Source: an uncultured bacterium (GTDB lineage Bacteria; Armatimonadota; SYMT01). From it: a stretch of 64,000 nt of DNA. Shown here in pieces: positions 18,324-27,533 of this stretch (positions are counted from its first letter, which is position 1; each line of letters begins with the position of its first letter). The notes below the pieces were generated by a model that saw only the letters and a list, made by a program, of their open reading frames with translations, searched no databases and was not told the origin of the DNA. The stretch covers positions 29,477 to 93,476 of the forward strand of contig CAZSRZ010000002.1 in the NCBI GenBank assembly GCA_964609085.1, written 5' to 3'. The translations under genes and the position numbers were made by a program.

Positions 18324-19271
18324 ATGGCCACCAGCGTCACTTCGCATATCAGTCCATCGCCCGGTCCACACCTGACGACGGGGCAGGCTCCCTTCATCGA
18401 GCAGGCTCGCCGGGAAGGCGAGCTGTACATTCGCCAACCCTACGAGCTCTACTCGGAAGAGAATCACGAGGCATGGCGACGGCTGTTCAGCCGGATGCTT
18501 CCTCTCTGGCAGCGGCATGCCTGCGAGCGTTATCGCGAGGGAGTCCGTCGGGTGGCGCTTCCGGCGGATCGGGTGCCCCGGTTGGAGGAGGTGAACCAGT
18601 TCATGGCTTCGCTGACCGGATTCGTGGCTCTGCCTGTGAGCGGATACATCCCGGCATTCTCATTCTTCTCCTGCCTCGGCCGCCGCGAATTCCCCACCAC
18701 GATTACCATCCGGGACCTCCGCCGTCTGGACTACCTCCCCGAGCCGGACATTTTCCACGACATTGCCGGTCATGTTCCCATGCACACGGAGCCGGCGTTC
18801 GCCGATGCGATCGCCCGTTTCGGGGCGTGTGCTCCGCTTGCCGCAGCGATGCTTGCCTCGGCCCCCGACGCCGGCAAGCGGCGGGAGTGGGCCGGAAGCA
18901 TCCTGCGGGCGTTGGCCCGCTTCTTCTGGTTCACGATCGAATTTGGCTTGATCCGGGAGGCCGGCGAGACGAAGGTCTATGGAAGCGGGCTGCTCAGCTC
19001 CTCAGGGGAGATTGTGCACGCGGTGGAGTCGGCTGAGGTGCAGCGCTACCCGTTCCAGCTCGAGTGGGTGATCAATCAGGCATTCGCGATCCACCACTTT
19101 CAGCCACTGCTCTTCGTGATCGACGGCTTCGATCACCTCTTCGCCCTGGTGAAGGAACTCGAGTCGTGGCTGCTTGCGGGCAGATTAAACTGCGTGGCCC
19201 CGGGGGAGCCGGAGATTCCCGCCACGGACGTGGATAGCTTTCTGCACGCAGCCGAGGCTAGCCCTCGGTGA
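18324..19271 (+). CDS. phhA: Phenylalanine 4-monooxygenase (aromatic amino-acid hydroxylase, biopterin-dependent)
   Basis: PDIFHDIAGHVPM (2-His iron site), FWFTIEFGL and KVYGSGLLSSSGE are conserved biopterin_H motifs. Confidence 0.85.
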   Translation: MATSVTSHISPSPGPHLTTGQAPFIEQARREGELYIRQPYELYSEENHEAWRRLFSRMLPLWQRHACERYREGVRRVALPADRVPRLEEVNQFMASLTGFVALPVSGYIPAFSFFSCLGRREFPTTITIRDLRRLDYLPEPDIFHDIAGHVPMHTEPAFADAIARFGACAPLAAAMLASAPDAGKRREWAGSILRALARFFWFTIEFGLIREAGETKVYGSGLLSSSGEIVHAVESAEVQRYPFQLEWVINQAFAIHHFQPLLFVIDGFDHLFALVKELESWLLAGRLNCVAPGEPEIPATDVDSFLHAAEASPR

Positions 19272-20985
19272 GGATCCGGCTCCAGCGCAGGGTAACGCCT
19301 CGCGCTGTCAGCACTTCCTGAAACTCTCGCAGCCGTTCCGCGTGCGCACGCACTGAGGCCGGGGTGAGGTCCCGGGTCAGGCAGTAGGCCGCCAGAGTGC
19401 CGGCCACTTCACCGACCAGCCACTCCGTGGGGTGCATCCGGGCGGAGGCCAGCGCCAGGCGGGTGGCGCCGAAGTTCTTCGCGGCAGGGAGAAGGTTGTC
19501 CGGGCCGTCGCGGGCAATGAAGGAGCCCAGCGGGATCTCGTAGGGCAGGGCACGCGAGAGCAGCGGCGGCTCCCCTCGGGCTGGGTGGATGTCGATGGCG
19601 TAGAGTGCCGTGCCCACGCTGTCGGGGAACTCAGTCCCCCAGCGGCGTTCGGGGCGGGCAGGGTCCGGCAACATGTCCTGCTGACGGAGCATGGTCAACC
19701 CCACGAGGCGACGAGCTTCGCGGATGTAGGGATGCGGGGCGAGCCCGTCCTCGCCGCCGAAGACATCCATTGCCAGCTTCATCTCCGGGTAACCGAGTCC
19801 GCGACCGTCGTCGCGCGGGCACTCGGTTTGGAGCCAGTACAGGAAGCCCAGCGAGAAGTCGCGTGCCCGCCGCAGGATCCGAACCTGCTCCGCGGGCTCC
19901 TTGCCCAGCGGCGTCTCGTCGTGGAAGTCATTGCCGCGCCAGTTGATGAGCGCCAGGTCGGCAACTACACCAGCCGTGGGGTCAAAGCTGCTCGCGGCGA
20001 GGATGCGGCGATAGGTCCAGAACGGACCGCCCGCACCGGGCGCTCGCTCGAAGACCTTGTAATAGATCTGGCCGCGCTCATCCGAGTAGTCGTACCGGAG
20101 CGTGTACTCGCCCAGCGCCTTGAAGGCGTCGTACTCGCGGGGGCGAGGGACGCGCGCTTCGGGAGCATCCGGGAGCCAGCGAACGGCGAAGCAGTAGGTC
20201 AGGCTCTGGATCCAGTCGGGGCGGGGCTGCTCGGGTGCGGAGGGCTCTCCATACGCATCCCGGCCCTCGGCTCCCAGGGAGTGCTCGGCGGCAGCCAACG
20301 GGAGTACGTCTCCCATCTCGCTCGCATCCAGAAGATAGCGGGCAGCCACGCGGGTGATCTTGCGGCTGTCCAGATCCACGAGATCGGTGTAGTGACAGCG
20401 TCCCGTGGCGTCGAAGCGGCGCACCTGGACGGGCTCATGGCGAAGCAGGATTTTCCGGATGCCCCCTGGGCCCGACAGCGGCGCAAGCCGGGCGCGGATG
20501 ACCGCCTCCCAGGCTGCGGGTTCGCCGCTGAGCCGGCTGACCCAGCACTGACCTACGTTCTGCGCTCGCCCGGGTCGGATCCCGGGGCGGGCGGCGTAGT
20601 ATGCCCGCAGGTCGTCGCGGAGCCGCCGGTAGGCCGCCGTCCCGGTGCCCGGGTTTCTCTCTATGTGGCTGTTCTCGTCCGGACACGTCACTCCCTGGGA
20701 GGTGAATTGACCCCCCAGGCGCGAGGTCGGCTCCGTGAGGATCACCGTCAGCCCGGCCTGGGCAGCGGCTTCGGCGGCCGCCACCCCGCCGACTCCGCCG
20801 CCCACCACCAGGACGTCGCAGGTGAGAATCCGGTTGGGCTGCGTCGCGACCGGCACAACGCGCAGCTTCTCGACGTCCAGGGCTTCCCGCCGCCGGGGAC
20901 CTTGCTGTGCTGCGGCCGCGGGAAGGGAGACCGCCAACGCGAGCGCGGGAATCAGCAGGGCAGTCGAGGGGAGCTTTGAAGTCAT
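19258..20985 (-). CDS. Secreted FAD-dependent oxidoreductase (FAD_oxidored family)
   Basis: Signal peptide MTSKLPSTALLIPALALAVSLPAAAAQ followed by the dinucleotide fold CDVLVVGGGVGGVAAAEAAAQAGLTVILTE. ATG at 20985. Confidence 0.75.
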   Translation of the reverse strand: MTSKLPSTALLIPALALAVSLPAAAAQQGPRRREALDVEKLRVVPVATQPNRILTCDVLVVGGGVGGVAAAEAAAQAGLTVILTEPTSRLGGQFTSQGVTCPDENSHIERNPGTGTAAYRRLRDDLRAYYAARPGIRPGRAQNVGQCWVSRLSGEPAAWEAVIRARLAPLSGPGGIRKILLRHEPVQVRRFDATGRCHYTDLVDLDSRKITRVAARYLLDASEMGDVLPLAAAEHSLGAEGRDAYGEPSAPEQPRPDWIQSLTYCFAVRWLPDAPEARVPRPREYDAFKALGEYTLRYDYSDERGQIYYKVFERAPGAGGPFWTYRRILAASSFDPTAGVVADLALINWRGNDFHDETPLGKEPAEQVRILRRARDFSLGFLYWLQTECPRDDGRGLGYPEMKLAMDVFGGEDGLAPHPYIREARRLVGLTMLRQQDMLPDPARPERRWGTEFPDSVGTALYAIDIHPARGEPPLLSRALPYEIPLGSFIARDGPDNLLPAAKNFGATRLALASARMHPTEWLVGEVAGTLAAYCLTRDLTPASVRAHAERLREFQEVLTARGVTLRWSRILTEG

Positions 20986-21099
20986 GCCGGGGGCAGGGCG
21001 GGGTTGACGTCTGGGATACACTTCTCGGGCGTCGGGGAGTTCGGCCGGCATCATCATCTCGTGATCCGGCGTCCGGGACAAGTGTCGGCGGTGAGTACT

Positions 21100-21714
21100 A
21101 TGAGCGAATCCAAGAGCACAAACATCGTCTGGCATCAGCACACCGTCACCCGGGCGGAACGACAGGAGAAATTCGGCCACCGTGGCTGCACAATCTGGCT
21201 GACTGGGCTGTCCGGCTCGGGCAAGTCCACGCTCGCCAACGCCCTGGACGAGTATCTGTGGGGTCGCGGCGTCCGGTCCTACGTCCTCGACGGCGACAAC
21301 ATCCGTCACGGCTTGAACAAGGACCTTGGGTTCAGCCCCGAGGACCGAACGGAGAACATTCGGCGGATCGGCGAGGTGGCTCGCCTCTTCACCGATGCCG
21401 GCATCATCAACGTGACAGCCTTCATCTCTCCCTACCGCGCGGACCGCGACAAGGCACGAGAGTGCCAGAAGCCTGGGGATTTCCTGGAGATCTACATCAA
21501 GGCCTCGGTCGAAGAGTGCGAGCGGCGAGACACCAAGGGCCTCTACGCGAAGGCCCGGGCCGGTCAGATCAAGGAATTCACCGGAGTCTCCGCGCCGTAC
21601 GAGGAGCCGCTGTCGGCGGAACTCGTCGTTGAGACGGAGGGGCGGACCGTGAGCGAATCGCTGACCGACATCGTCGCTTTCCTCGAAGCCCGGGGCTATC
21701 TGGCCGCGGAGTGA
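21100..21714 (+). CDS. cysC: Adenylyl-sulfate (APS) kinase
   Basis: P-loop GLSGSGKSTLA, LDGDNIRHGLNKDLGFS and the overall CysC length; it is stand-alone, with no CysN fusion. Confidence 0.9.
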   Translation: MSESKSTNIVWHQHTVTRAERQEKFGHRGCTIWLTGLSGSGKSTLANALDEYLWGRGVRSYVLDGDNIRHGLNKDLGFSPEDRTENIRRIGEVARLFTDAGIINVTAFISPYRADRDKARECQKPGDFLEIYIKASVEECERRDTKGLYAKARAGQIKEFTGVSAPYEEPLSAELVVETEGRTVSESLTDIVAFLEARGYLAAE

Positions 21715-21747
21715 GCCCGGGAGCAGACCGACAGCGCGCCAACGGCA

Positions 21748-23376
21748 TCACCCGGTGCCGGCGCTGATGGCGGTGCGTACGTTCCGCCCGATCTCCGTGC
21801 CGAAACGGCGTAGAGCGATGGACATGTCGTCCTCATCAACGACCGCGTCAATCAGATAAACGCCCCCTCGGGCTTCCGCCCGACGCAGCGCCTCGCCGAA
21901 GTCCGCCCGACGGTCTACCCGCTCGCCCTGCGCACCCAGGGCGCGCGCCAGCCCCGCGTAGTCCCATCGACGGACCTTCATGTATGGCCGATCTTGATCG
22001 AAGGCCTTCAACGTGGCGAAGGTTCCGTTGTTAATAACCACCACGATCTGATTGAGGTCGAGTCCGACCGCCGTGCTGATTTCGACGCCGTCCATCTGAA
22101 ACGCGCCGTCGCCCACCATCACCACGGGTTTCAGATCCGGGCGGGCCAGGGCGGCGCCGATGGCCCCGGGCACCGCAAGTCCCATGCTGGCGTAGTAGCC
22201 GGCTCCAATGAACAACCCGGAGCGCAGCGCGACAGCCCCGAACAGCGGATCCCCGACGTCGCTCACCACGATGTGGTCGTCGCGCAGGTAGCCGTTCAAC
22301 TCTGCGAGGATGCCATCCATGGTCAACTCGCCCTGAACGGTGTCGGGGCGCGGGTCTGGCTGTGGCTGCGGGAGCCAGTCGTGCCGCCGCAGGTCATCGC
22401 GATCCAGCAGCCCCTCAATCACGTCGCGCAGGTTGATGTTGGGATACTGGGCATGGCTGATGCGCAGGCTGGAGGAGGTAGCCTGGATGAGTCTGGCGGG
22501 CGGCAGTGCCGCGCTGAATCCGCCCGTGTCCATGTCCGAGAGCAGAATCCCCAGGCCGAAAATGCACTCCGCACTCTCCACCGTCTCACGCACCTGGCTG
22601 TCGCTGACGCGGCCGACGTACTGGCCGATGAAGTTCGGGTGGTTCTCGGGCACCACGCTCTTGCCGATGAACGAGGTGGTCACCGGGACGTTGAGGCGCT
22701 CCACCAGTGCCACTAGCTTGCTGGTCAGGTTGAACCTCTCCGCCTCCTGCCCAGCGTAGATCACCACGCTCCGGGCCGTGTTCAGCCGGTGGACGAGGAC
22801 GTCTAGCGCTTCGTCGAGACCGCTTTTGTCCGGCGTCGGGGGACGGTACTTCGGCGCGTTGGGATCGATTTCCGCGTTGACGATGTCGCGCGGGATCTCC
22901 AGGTAACCGGGCCGCGAGAGGGTGCGGACGCAATCAATGACGCGATCGATCTCGTAGGCGGCTGTCCAGGGATCGCGGAGCACGGCGGAGGCTTCCGTCA
23001 CCTCCTGCATCACTCGGAATTGCGAATCGTAGTTCTTCACCCGGTGATGGAAGAAAATATCATTCCGCCGCGTGCCGACTTCCGGTGCTCCGGAGATCAC
23101 CAGCATGGGCGATTCCTCGGCGTACGCCATGGCCACCGCGTTCACCATGTTCAGGGCACCCGCCCCGTAGGTGACCACAGCCACGCCGAGCCCTCGAAGT
23201 CGACCGTACACGTCCGCCGCGTACCCCACAGAGGGTTCGTGCGTCATCACCACGGTAGGCATCCCGACGGATAACTGGGCGGCGAACAGGGGGAGGGCAT
23301 AGTCGCCCGGGATCCCGAAGGTGGTCTCCACCCGATGGGCCCGCAGACGTTCGAAGAGGTACTCCGCAACTCGCAT
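21748..23376 (-). CDS. Thiamine-pyrophosphate-dependent 2-keto-acid decarboxylase (indolepyruvate/phenylpyruvate/pyruvate decarboxylase family)
   Basis: N-terminal TPP_enzyme_N (FGIPGDY, VVTYGAGALN) and C-terminal TPP-binding GDGAFQM ... NNGTF. About 540 aa; substrate cannot be assigned from sequence alone. Confidence 0.85.
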   Translation of the reverse strand: MRVAEYLFERLRAHRVETTFGIPGDYALPLFAAQLSVGMPTVVMTHEPSVGYAADVYGRLRGLGVAVVTYGAGALNMVNAVAMAYAEESPMLVISGAPEVGTRRNDIFFHHRVKNYDSQFRVMQEVTEASAVLRDPWTAAYEIDRVIDCVRTLSRPGYLEIPRDIVNAEIDPNAPKYRPPTPDKSGLDEALDVLVHRLNTARSVVIYAGQEAERFNLTSKLVALVERLNVPVTTSFIGKSVVPENHPNFIGQYVGRVSDSQVRETVESAECIFGLGILLSDMDTGGFSAALPPARLIQATSSSLRISHAQYPNINLRDVIEGLLDRDDLRRHDWLPQPQPDPRPDTVQGELTMDGILAELNGYLRDDHIVVSDVGDPLFGAVALRSGLFIGAGYYASMGLAVPGAIGAALARPDLKPVVMVGDGAFQMDGVEISTAVGLDLNQIVVVINNGTFATLKAFDQDRPYMKVRRWDYAGLARALGAQGERVDRRADFGEALRRAEARGGVYLIDAVVDEDDMSIALRRFGTEIGRNVRTAISAGTG

Positions 23377-23567
23377 TTCCGGCTCCAGCGCATCAGGCGA
23401 CGACGTTGTCGCCACCCCATTCTATGGCCTCGAGACCGGGCGGGTGTGGCCGCGGGATGTCCGTCCCGATCCCACATGTGCAGGATGCGGGTAACCTGAG
23501 GGAGAAGGTTCCGGAGCCGACATGGTGATCACGGGCGTGCAGGGTGGCCCGGCGCAAGGAGAATTAG

Positions 23568-24131
23568 ATGCAAGTGACCTTCGCGAGCAAGTCCACCGGA
23601 CTGGGCGAGCGGGAGCGAGAGTACGCGATCCGCAAGCTGGAGCGGCTGGGTAAGTACTTCCGCGGCGGCCGAGACGCCCACCTGACGCATGGGCTGCAGC
23701 GGAACCAGCACACCGTCGAAGTGCAGATGGATCTGGACGGGCTCATCATTCGGGCAGAGGAGTGCAGTCCGGACCTGCATGCGGCAATCGACGCCGTTGC
23801 GGACAAGCTCGACGGCCAGATCCGCCGTCTGAAGGACCGCGTCCGATCCCATCGGGGGCGCGCCGATGCGCCCACGGTTGCCTCCCACTTTGCGGAGTTG
23901 GCTGACGCCGTGCCGGCTGACGCGGACGCGTCCATCGTGGAGCCGCTTGCTCGCTTGGTCAGGCGCAAACCGGTTACGATAAAACCCATGACTGTGGATC
24001 AGGCGACGCTCCAGATGGAGTTGCTCAACCACGACTTCTTCGCGTTCGTCAACGTCGACACCGCGCAGGGGGCAGTTCTCTACCGCCGGCGAGACGGCGA
24101 TCTCGGGCTGCTCGAGCTGGAACCTGGTTAA
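23568..24131 (+). CDS. hpf: Ribosome hibernation-promoting factor (long HPF / RaiA family)
   Basis: N-terminal S30AE domain (MQVTFASKSTGLGEREREYAIRKLERLGKYF) plus a C-terminal dimerisation extension. RBS GGAGAA lies before the ATG. Confidence 0.85.
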   Translation: MQVTFASKSTGLGEREREYAIRKLERLGKYFRGGRDAHLTHGLQRNQHTVEVQMDLDGLIIRAEECSPDLHAAIDAVADKLDGQIRRLKDRVRSHRGRADAPTVASHFAELADAVPADADASIVEPLARLVRRKPVTIKPMTVDQATLQMELLNHDFFAFVNVDTAQGAVLYRRRDGDLGLLELEPG

Positions 24132-24198
24132 CCTGGCCCGGCGGCGCACGGTGCCCGCATCCGGGTCGGGAGGTCGGCCGTAGGGAACGGAGTTCAGC

Positions 24199-25236
24199 AT
24201 GCGGGTGGGAATACTGACCGGCGGCGGCGATTGTCCCGGACTCAACCCGGCCATCCGAGGCGCTGTCCTGCGTGGGCTGGACCACGGCTTCGAGTTTGTC
24301 GGCTTGGAGCTCGGATGGAAGGGGCTCGTCGAGGGGATCACCACCCCGGTCAGCCTGGAGCGTGTCGAGGAGATCATCCGTCAAGGCGGCACGATCCTTG
24401 GCTCGTCCCGGACGAATCCGTTCCGCAAGGGCGCCGAGGACGATCTGGCGAGCGCGCTGGAAAACTGGAAGAAACTGGGGCTCGATGCGCTGATTGCCCT
24501 CGGCGGCGAAGACACTCTGGGGGTGGCAAACAAGCTCTGGAAGCAGTTCCACCTGCAGGTGGTCGGCGTCCCCAAGACAATGGACAACGACCTCAACCAC
24601 ACCGACTACACCTTTGGCTTCGACACTGCGGCGAGCGTCGCTCTCGACGCCGCAGACCGACTCCTCGACACAGCCAAGAGCCACCGCCGCATCCTGGTCC
24701 TGGAGGTCATGGGTCGGCATGCCGGATGGGTTGCCCTACATGTGGGGATCGGCTCCGGCGCGGACTGGATTACCATCCCCGAGGTGCCGTTGGATCTCGG
24801 TGCGATGATCGCCGCCCTGCGGCGCAAACGGAATCGCGGGAAGACGTGGGGATTGGTGGTCGCCTCCGAGGGGACCGAGTTGCCGTCGGTGGACACAGAG
24901 GATCTGCAGGTGGATGCGTTCGGCCATGTGAGCATGTCCCGACGGGCAGTGGGCGAGTCGATCGCCAACGAAATTGAGAAGGCCCTCGGGATCGAGACGC
25001 GGTCCGTGGTGCTCGGCCACGTGCAGCGAGGCGGGACCCCCTCGCTCTTCGATCGGGTGCTCGGTTCCCGCGTGGGCATCCTCGCTGCGGACATGGTGAA
25101 GGACGGTAACTGGGGCAAGATGGCCGCGATCCAGGGGACCCGCGTGGTCCCCGTGGAGTTGGAACTTGCCGTCGGCACGCTGAAGACGGTGCCGATCGAA
25201 CTCTGGCGCGAGACGATCTCCCTCATCAACAAGTAA
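24199..25236 (+). CDS. pfkA: 6-phosphofructokinase
   Basis: MRVGILTGGGDCPGLNPAIRG ... GGEDTLGVANKL ... PKTMDNDL are PFK active-site motifs. Confidence 0.9.
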   Translation: MRVGILTGGGDCPGLNPAIRGAVLRGLDHGFEFVGLELGWKGLVEGITTPVSLERVEEIIRQGGTILGSSRTNPFRKGAEDDLASALENWKKLGLDALIALGGEDTLGVANKLWKQFHLQVVGVPKTMDNDLNHTDYTFGFDTAASVALDAADRLLDTAKSHRRILVLEVMGRHAGWVALHVGIGSGADWITIPEVPLDLGAMIAALRRKRNRGKTWGLVVASEGTELPSVDTEDLQVDAFGHVSMSRRAVGESIANEIEKALGIETRSVVLGHVQRGGTPSLFDRVLGSRVGILAADMVKDGNWGKMAAIQGTRVVPVELELAVGTLKTVPIELWRETISLINK

Positions 25237-25242
25237 GCCGAG

Positions 25243-26202
25243 GTGTCCGTCGTCTGTGTCGGGGAAGCGCTCATCGACTTCGTGCCGGATCAGTCCGGAC
25301 TTCGTCTGGCTGAGTGCGCCGGCTTCCGACGAGCGGCAGGGGGAGCCCCGGCCAACGTCGCCGCGGGTGTCGCCCGCCTGGGCGGGGAGGCGGTATTCCT
25401 CGGCAGGGTCGGCGCCGACGCCTTCGGCGAGTTCCTCATAGCGTCCCTGACAGCCGCCGGAGTGCACACGGACTGGATCGTGGCCGACCCTTGGGCGAAC
25501 ACTGGGCTGGCCTTCGTCTCGCTTTCGCTCTCGGGTGAGCGGGACTTTGTTTTCTACAGGAATCCGAGCGCAGACATGCTCCATCGTCGCGGGGATGTGC
25601 CCGAGGCCGCGCTCGATGGCTGCCGCGTGTGCCACTATGGCTCCATCTCATTGATCCAGGAGCCGAGCAGGACCACGACGCTCGACACGATCGCTCGGGC
25701 ACGGGCGCGGGGTGCCTGGATTTCCTACGATCCCAATCTGCGCCCACCGCTCTGGCCCAGCCTGGACGCCGCCCGCCGGACGATTCTGGAAACTCTGCCT
25801 CTCGCCGACCTGGTCAAAGTGAGTGTCGAGGAGGGCGAGTTCCTGTTTGGGTCAGCCGATCCGGTCGAAATTGCCGGGCGTCTCCTCGCGACCGGCGCGC
25901 GGCTGGCCGCGGTCACCGGCGGGGCATCGCCGGCCGTGCTGGCCACGGCCGACCGCCTCGTCCAAATCCCGAGCTTCCGGGTGGACGTTGTTGACACCAC
26001 GGGTGCGGGTGATGGATTCGTGGCGGGAGTGCTTCACTTGATTGCCGCCGGTCTGGGGTGGGGGAGCAGGGAAGAGTTGCTTGAGCTGGGCCGATTCGGG
26101 GCCGCCGTCGGCGGCCTCACATGCACACGCAAGGGGGCGATCCCCGCGCTCCCGAGCGCGTCGGAAGTGCGCGAACTCCTGGCGCACGTCGCGCGCGATT
26201 AA
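25243..26202 (+). CDS. PfkB-family carbohydrate kinase (fructokinase-like)
   Basis: GTG start. VCVGEALIDFVP N-terminus and the C-terminal PfkB motif DTTGAGDGFVAGVL. Confidence 0.85.
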   Translation: MSVVCVGEALIDFVPDQSGLRLAECAGFRRAAGGAPANVAAGVARLGGEAVFLGRVGADAFGEFLIASLTAAGVHTDWIVADPWANTGLAFVSLSLSGERDFVFYRNPSADMLHRRGDVPEAALDGCRVCHYGSISLIQEPSRTTTLDTIARARARGAWISYDPNLRPPLWPSLDAARRTILETLPLADLVKVSVEEGEFLFGSADPVEIAGRLLATGARLAAVTGGASPAVLATADRLVQIPSFRVDVVDTTGAGDGFVAGVLHLIAAGLGWGSREELLELGRFGAAVGGLTCTRKGAIPALPSASEVRELLAHVARD

Positions 26203-26313
26203 TCTTTGCGAGCAGGGACCCGACAGCGCCATGGGGAACCGACAACCGGACGTGCGGGATGGCGCGTTCCTTTTCCCCGACTGCCGCCGGCACGGTTGCC
26301 AGGATCTCCAACG

Positions 26314-27423
26314 ATGAAGTCCTCCCCTCGCCCCACCTCACCCTCGGCCGATGTCGAGCCTACCCGCCTGGATCGGCGCGGGCTGCTGCGCTCGGCCGGC
26401 GTCCTCATTCCCGCCATTCCACTCCTCATGACCACCGACGCCAACGCCAGGGACTTCGGTCCCCACGCCGCTCCCGTGCGCTATCCCGAGCCCGACGTGG
26501 TTGTCATCGACGACCGCTTCAAGAAGTACAAGATCGGCAACACGCCCATCCGACGCCATCACACCGGCATGCTCTGGGCCGAAGGTACCGCCTGGAACGG
26601 GGTCGGCCGCTTCCTGGTGTGGAGCGACATCCCGAACAACATCCAGCACCGGCTCCTGGAAGAGGACGGCCATGTCAGCGTCTTCCGGAATCCGGCGGGG
26701 TATTCGAACGGCAACACGTTCGACTTCCAGGGCCGACAGATCTCCTTCGAGCACGGTAACCGGCGCGTCGTACGGTACGAGTATGACGGCACCATCACCG
26801 TCCTTGCGGAGCGGTTCGAGAACAAGCGCTTCAACGCACCCAACGACGGTGCCGTCCACCCGGACGGCTCGCTCTGGTTCACGGACCCGGGGTACGGCAG
26901 CCTGGGCAACTACGAAGGGTTCAAGGGCCCCCTGGAATTGAAGGAGGCCGTCTATCGGGTTGACGGCAAGTCGGGCAAGATCGAAAAAGTCACGGACGAG
27001 ATCTTCAAGCCCAACGGCCTCTGCTTCTCGCCCGACTACAAGAAGCTCTACGTCTCAGACACCGGGGCTTCCCACTATCCGAACGCACCGAAGAACATCA
27101 AGATGTGGGACATCGTCGATGGCAAGAAGCTGGCCAATGGCCGGCAATTCGCGTCGATGGACCTGGGCGGCAAGGCCGGCTTCGCGGACGGGATCCGGGC
27201 GGACGTGGATGGCAACATCTGGGCGGCGGCCGGTTGGGTGGGGGAAGGCTACGACGGCGTGCACATCTTCGCGCCGGACGGAGTCCGCATCGGCCAGATC
27301 CTGCTCCCGGAGATCTGCGGCAACCTGTGCTTCGGCGGTCAGAAGCGCAACCGGCTCTTCATGGCCGCCAGCCAGTCCCTCTACTCTGTCTACGTAGAGA
27401 CCCAGGGCGCGCACGTCAGTTGA
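26314..27423 (+). CDS. Tat-exported SMP-30/gluconolactonase/LRE-like beta-propeller hydrolase
   Basis: Twin-arginine signal DRRGLLRSAGVL followed by an SGL-type propeller (NGNTFD, WFTDPGYG, FKPNGLCFSPD). Confidence 0.8.
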   Translation: MKSSPRPTSPSADVEPTRLDRRGLLRSAGVLIPAIPLLMTTDANARDFGPHAAPVRYPEPDVVVIDDRFKKYKIGNTPIRRHHTGMLWAEGTAWNGVGRFLVWSDIPNNIQHRLLEEDGHVSVFRNPAGYSNGNTFDFQGRQISFEHGNRRVVRYEYDGTITVLAERFENKRFNAPNDGAVHPDGSLWFTDPGYGSLGNYEGFKGPLELKEAVYRVDGKSGKIEKVTDEIFKPNGLCFSPDYKKLYVSDTGASHYPNAPKNIKMWDIVDGKKLANGRQFASMDLGGKAGFADGIRADVDGNIWAAAGWVGEGYDGVHIFAPDGVRIGQILLPEICGNLCFGGQKRNRLFMAASQSLYSVYVETQGAHVS

Positions 27424-27533
27424 AAACGGCGGGTACTCGTCTGCGGCGGAGCAGCCTGCCCGGGTTGAAACCCAGGGCCCTGCCCGGTGTCGTCATGTCC
27501 CGGTAGAAGTGTGGGGCGTGAGGCGACTTTTTC

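Noticed and set aside
19432-20979. 515-aa plus-strand ORF
   Set aside because: Antisense to the FAD-dependent oxidoreductase, which has a clear signal peptide and GxGxxG fold. The shadow ORF has Arg/Gly-rich composition.
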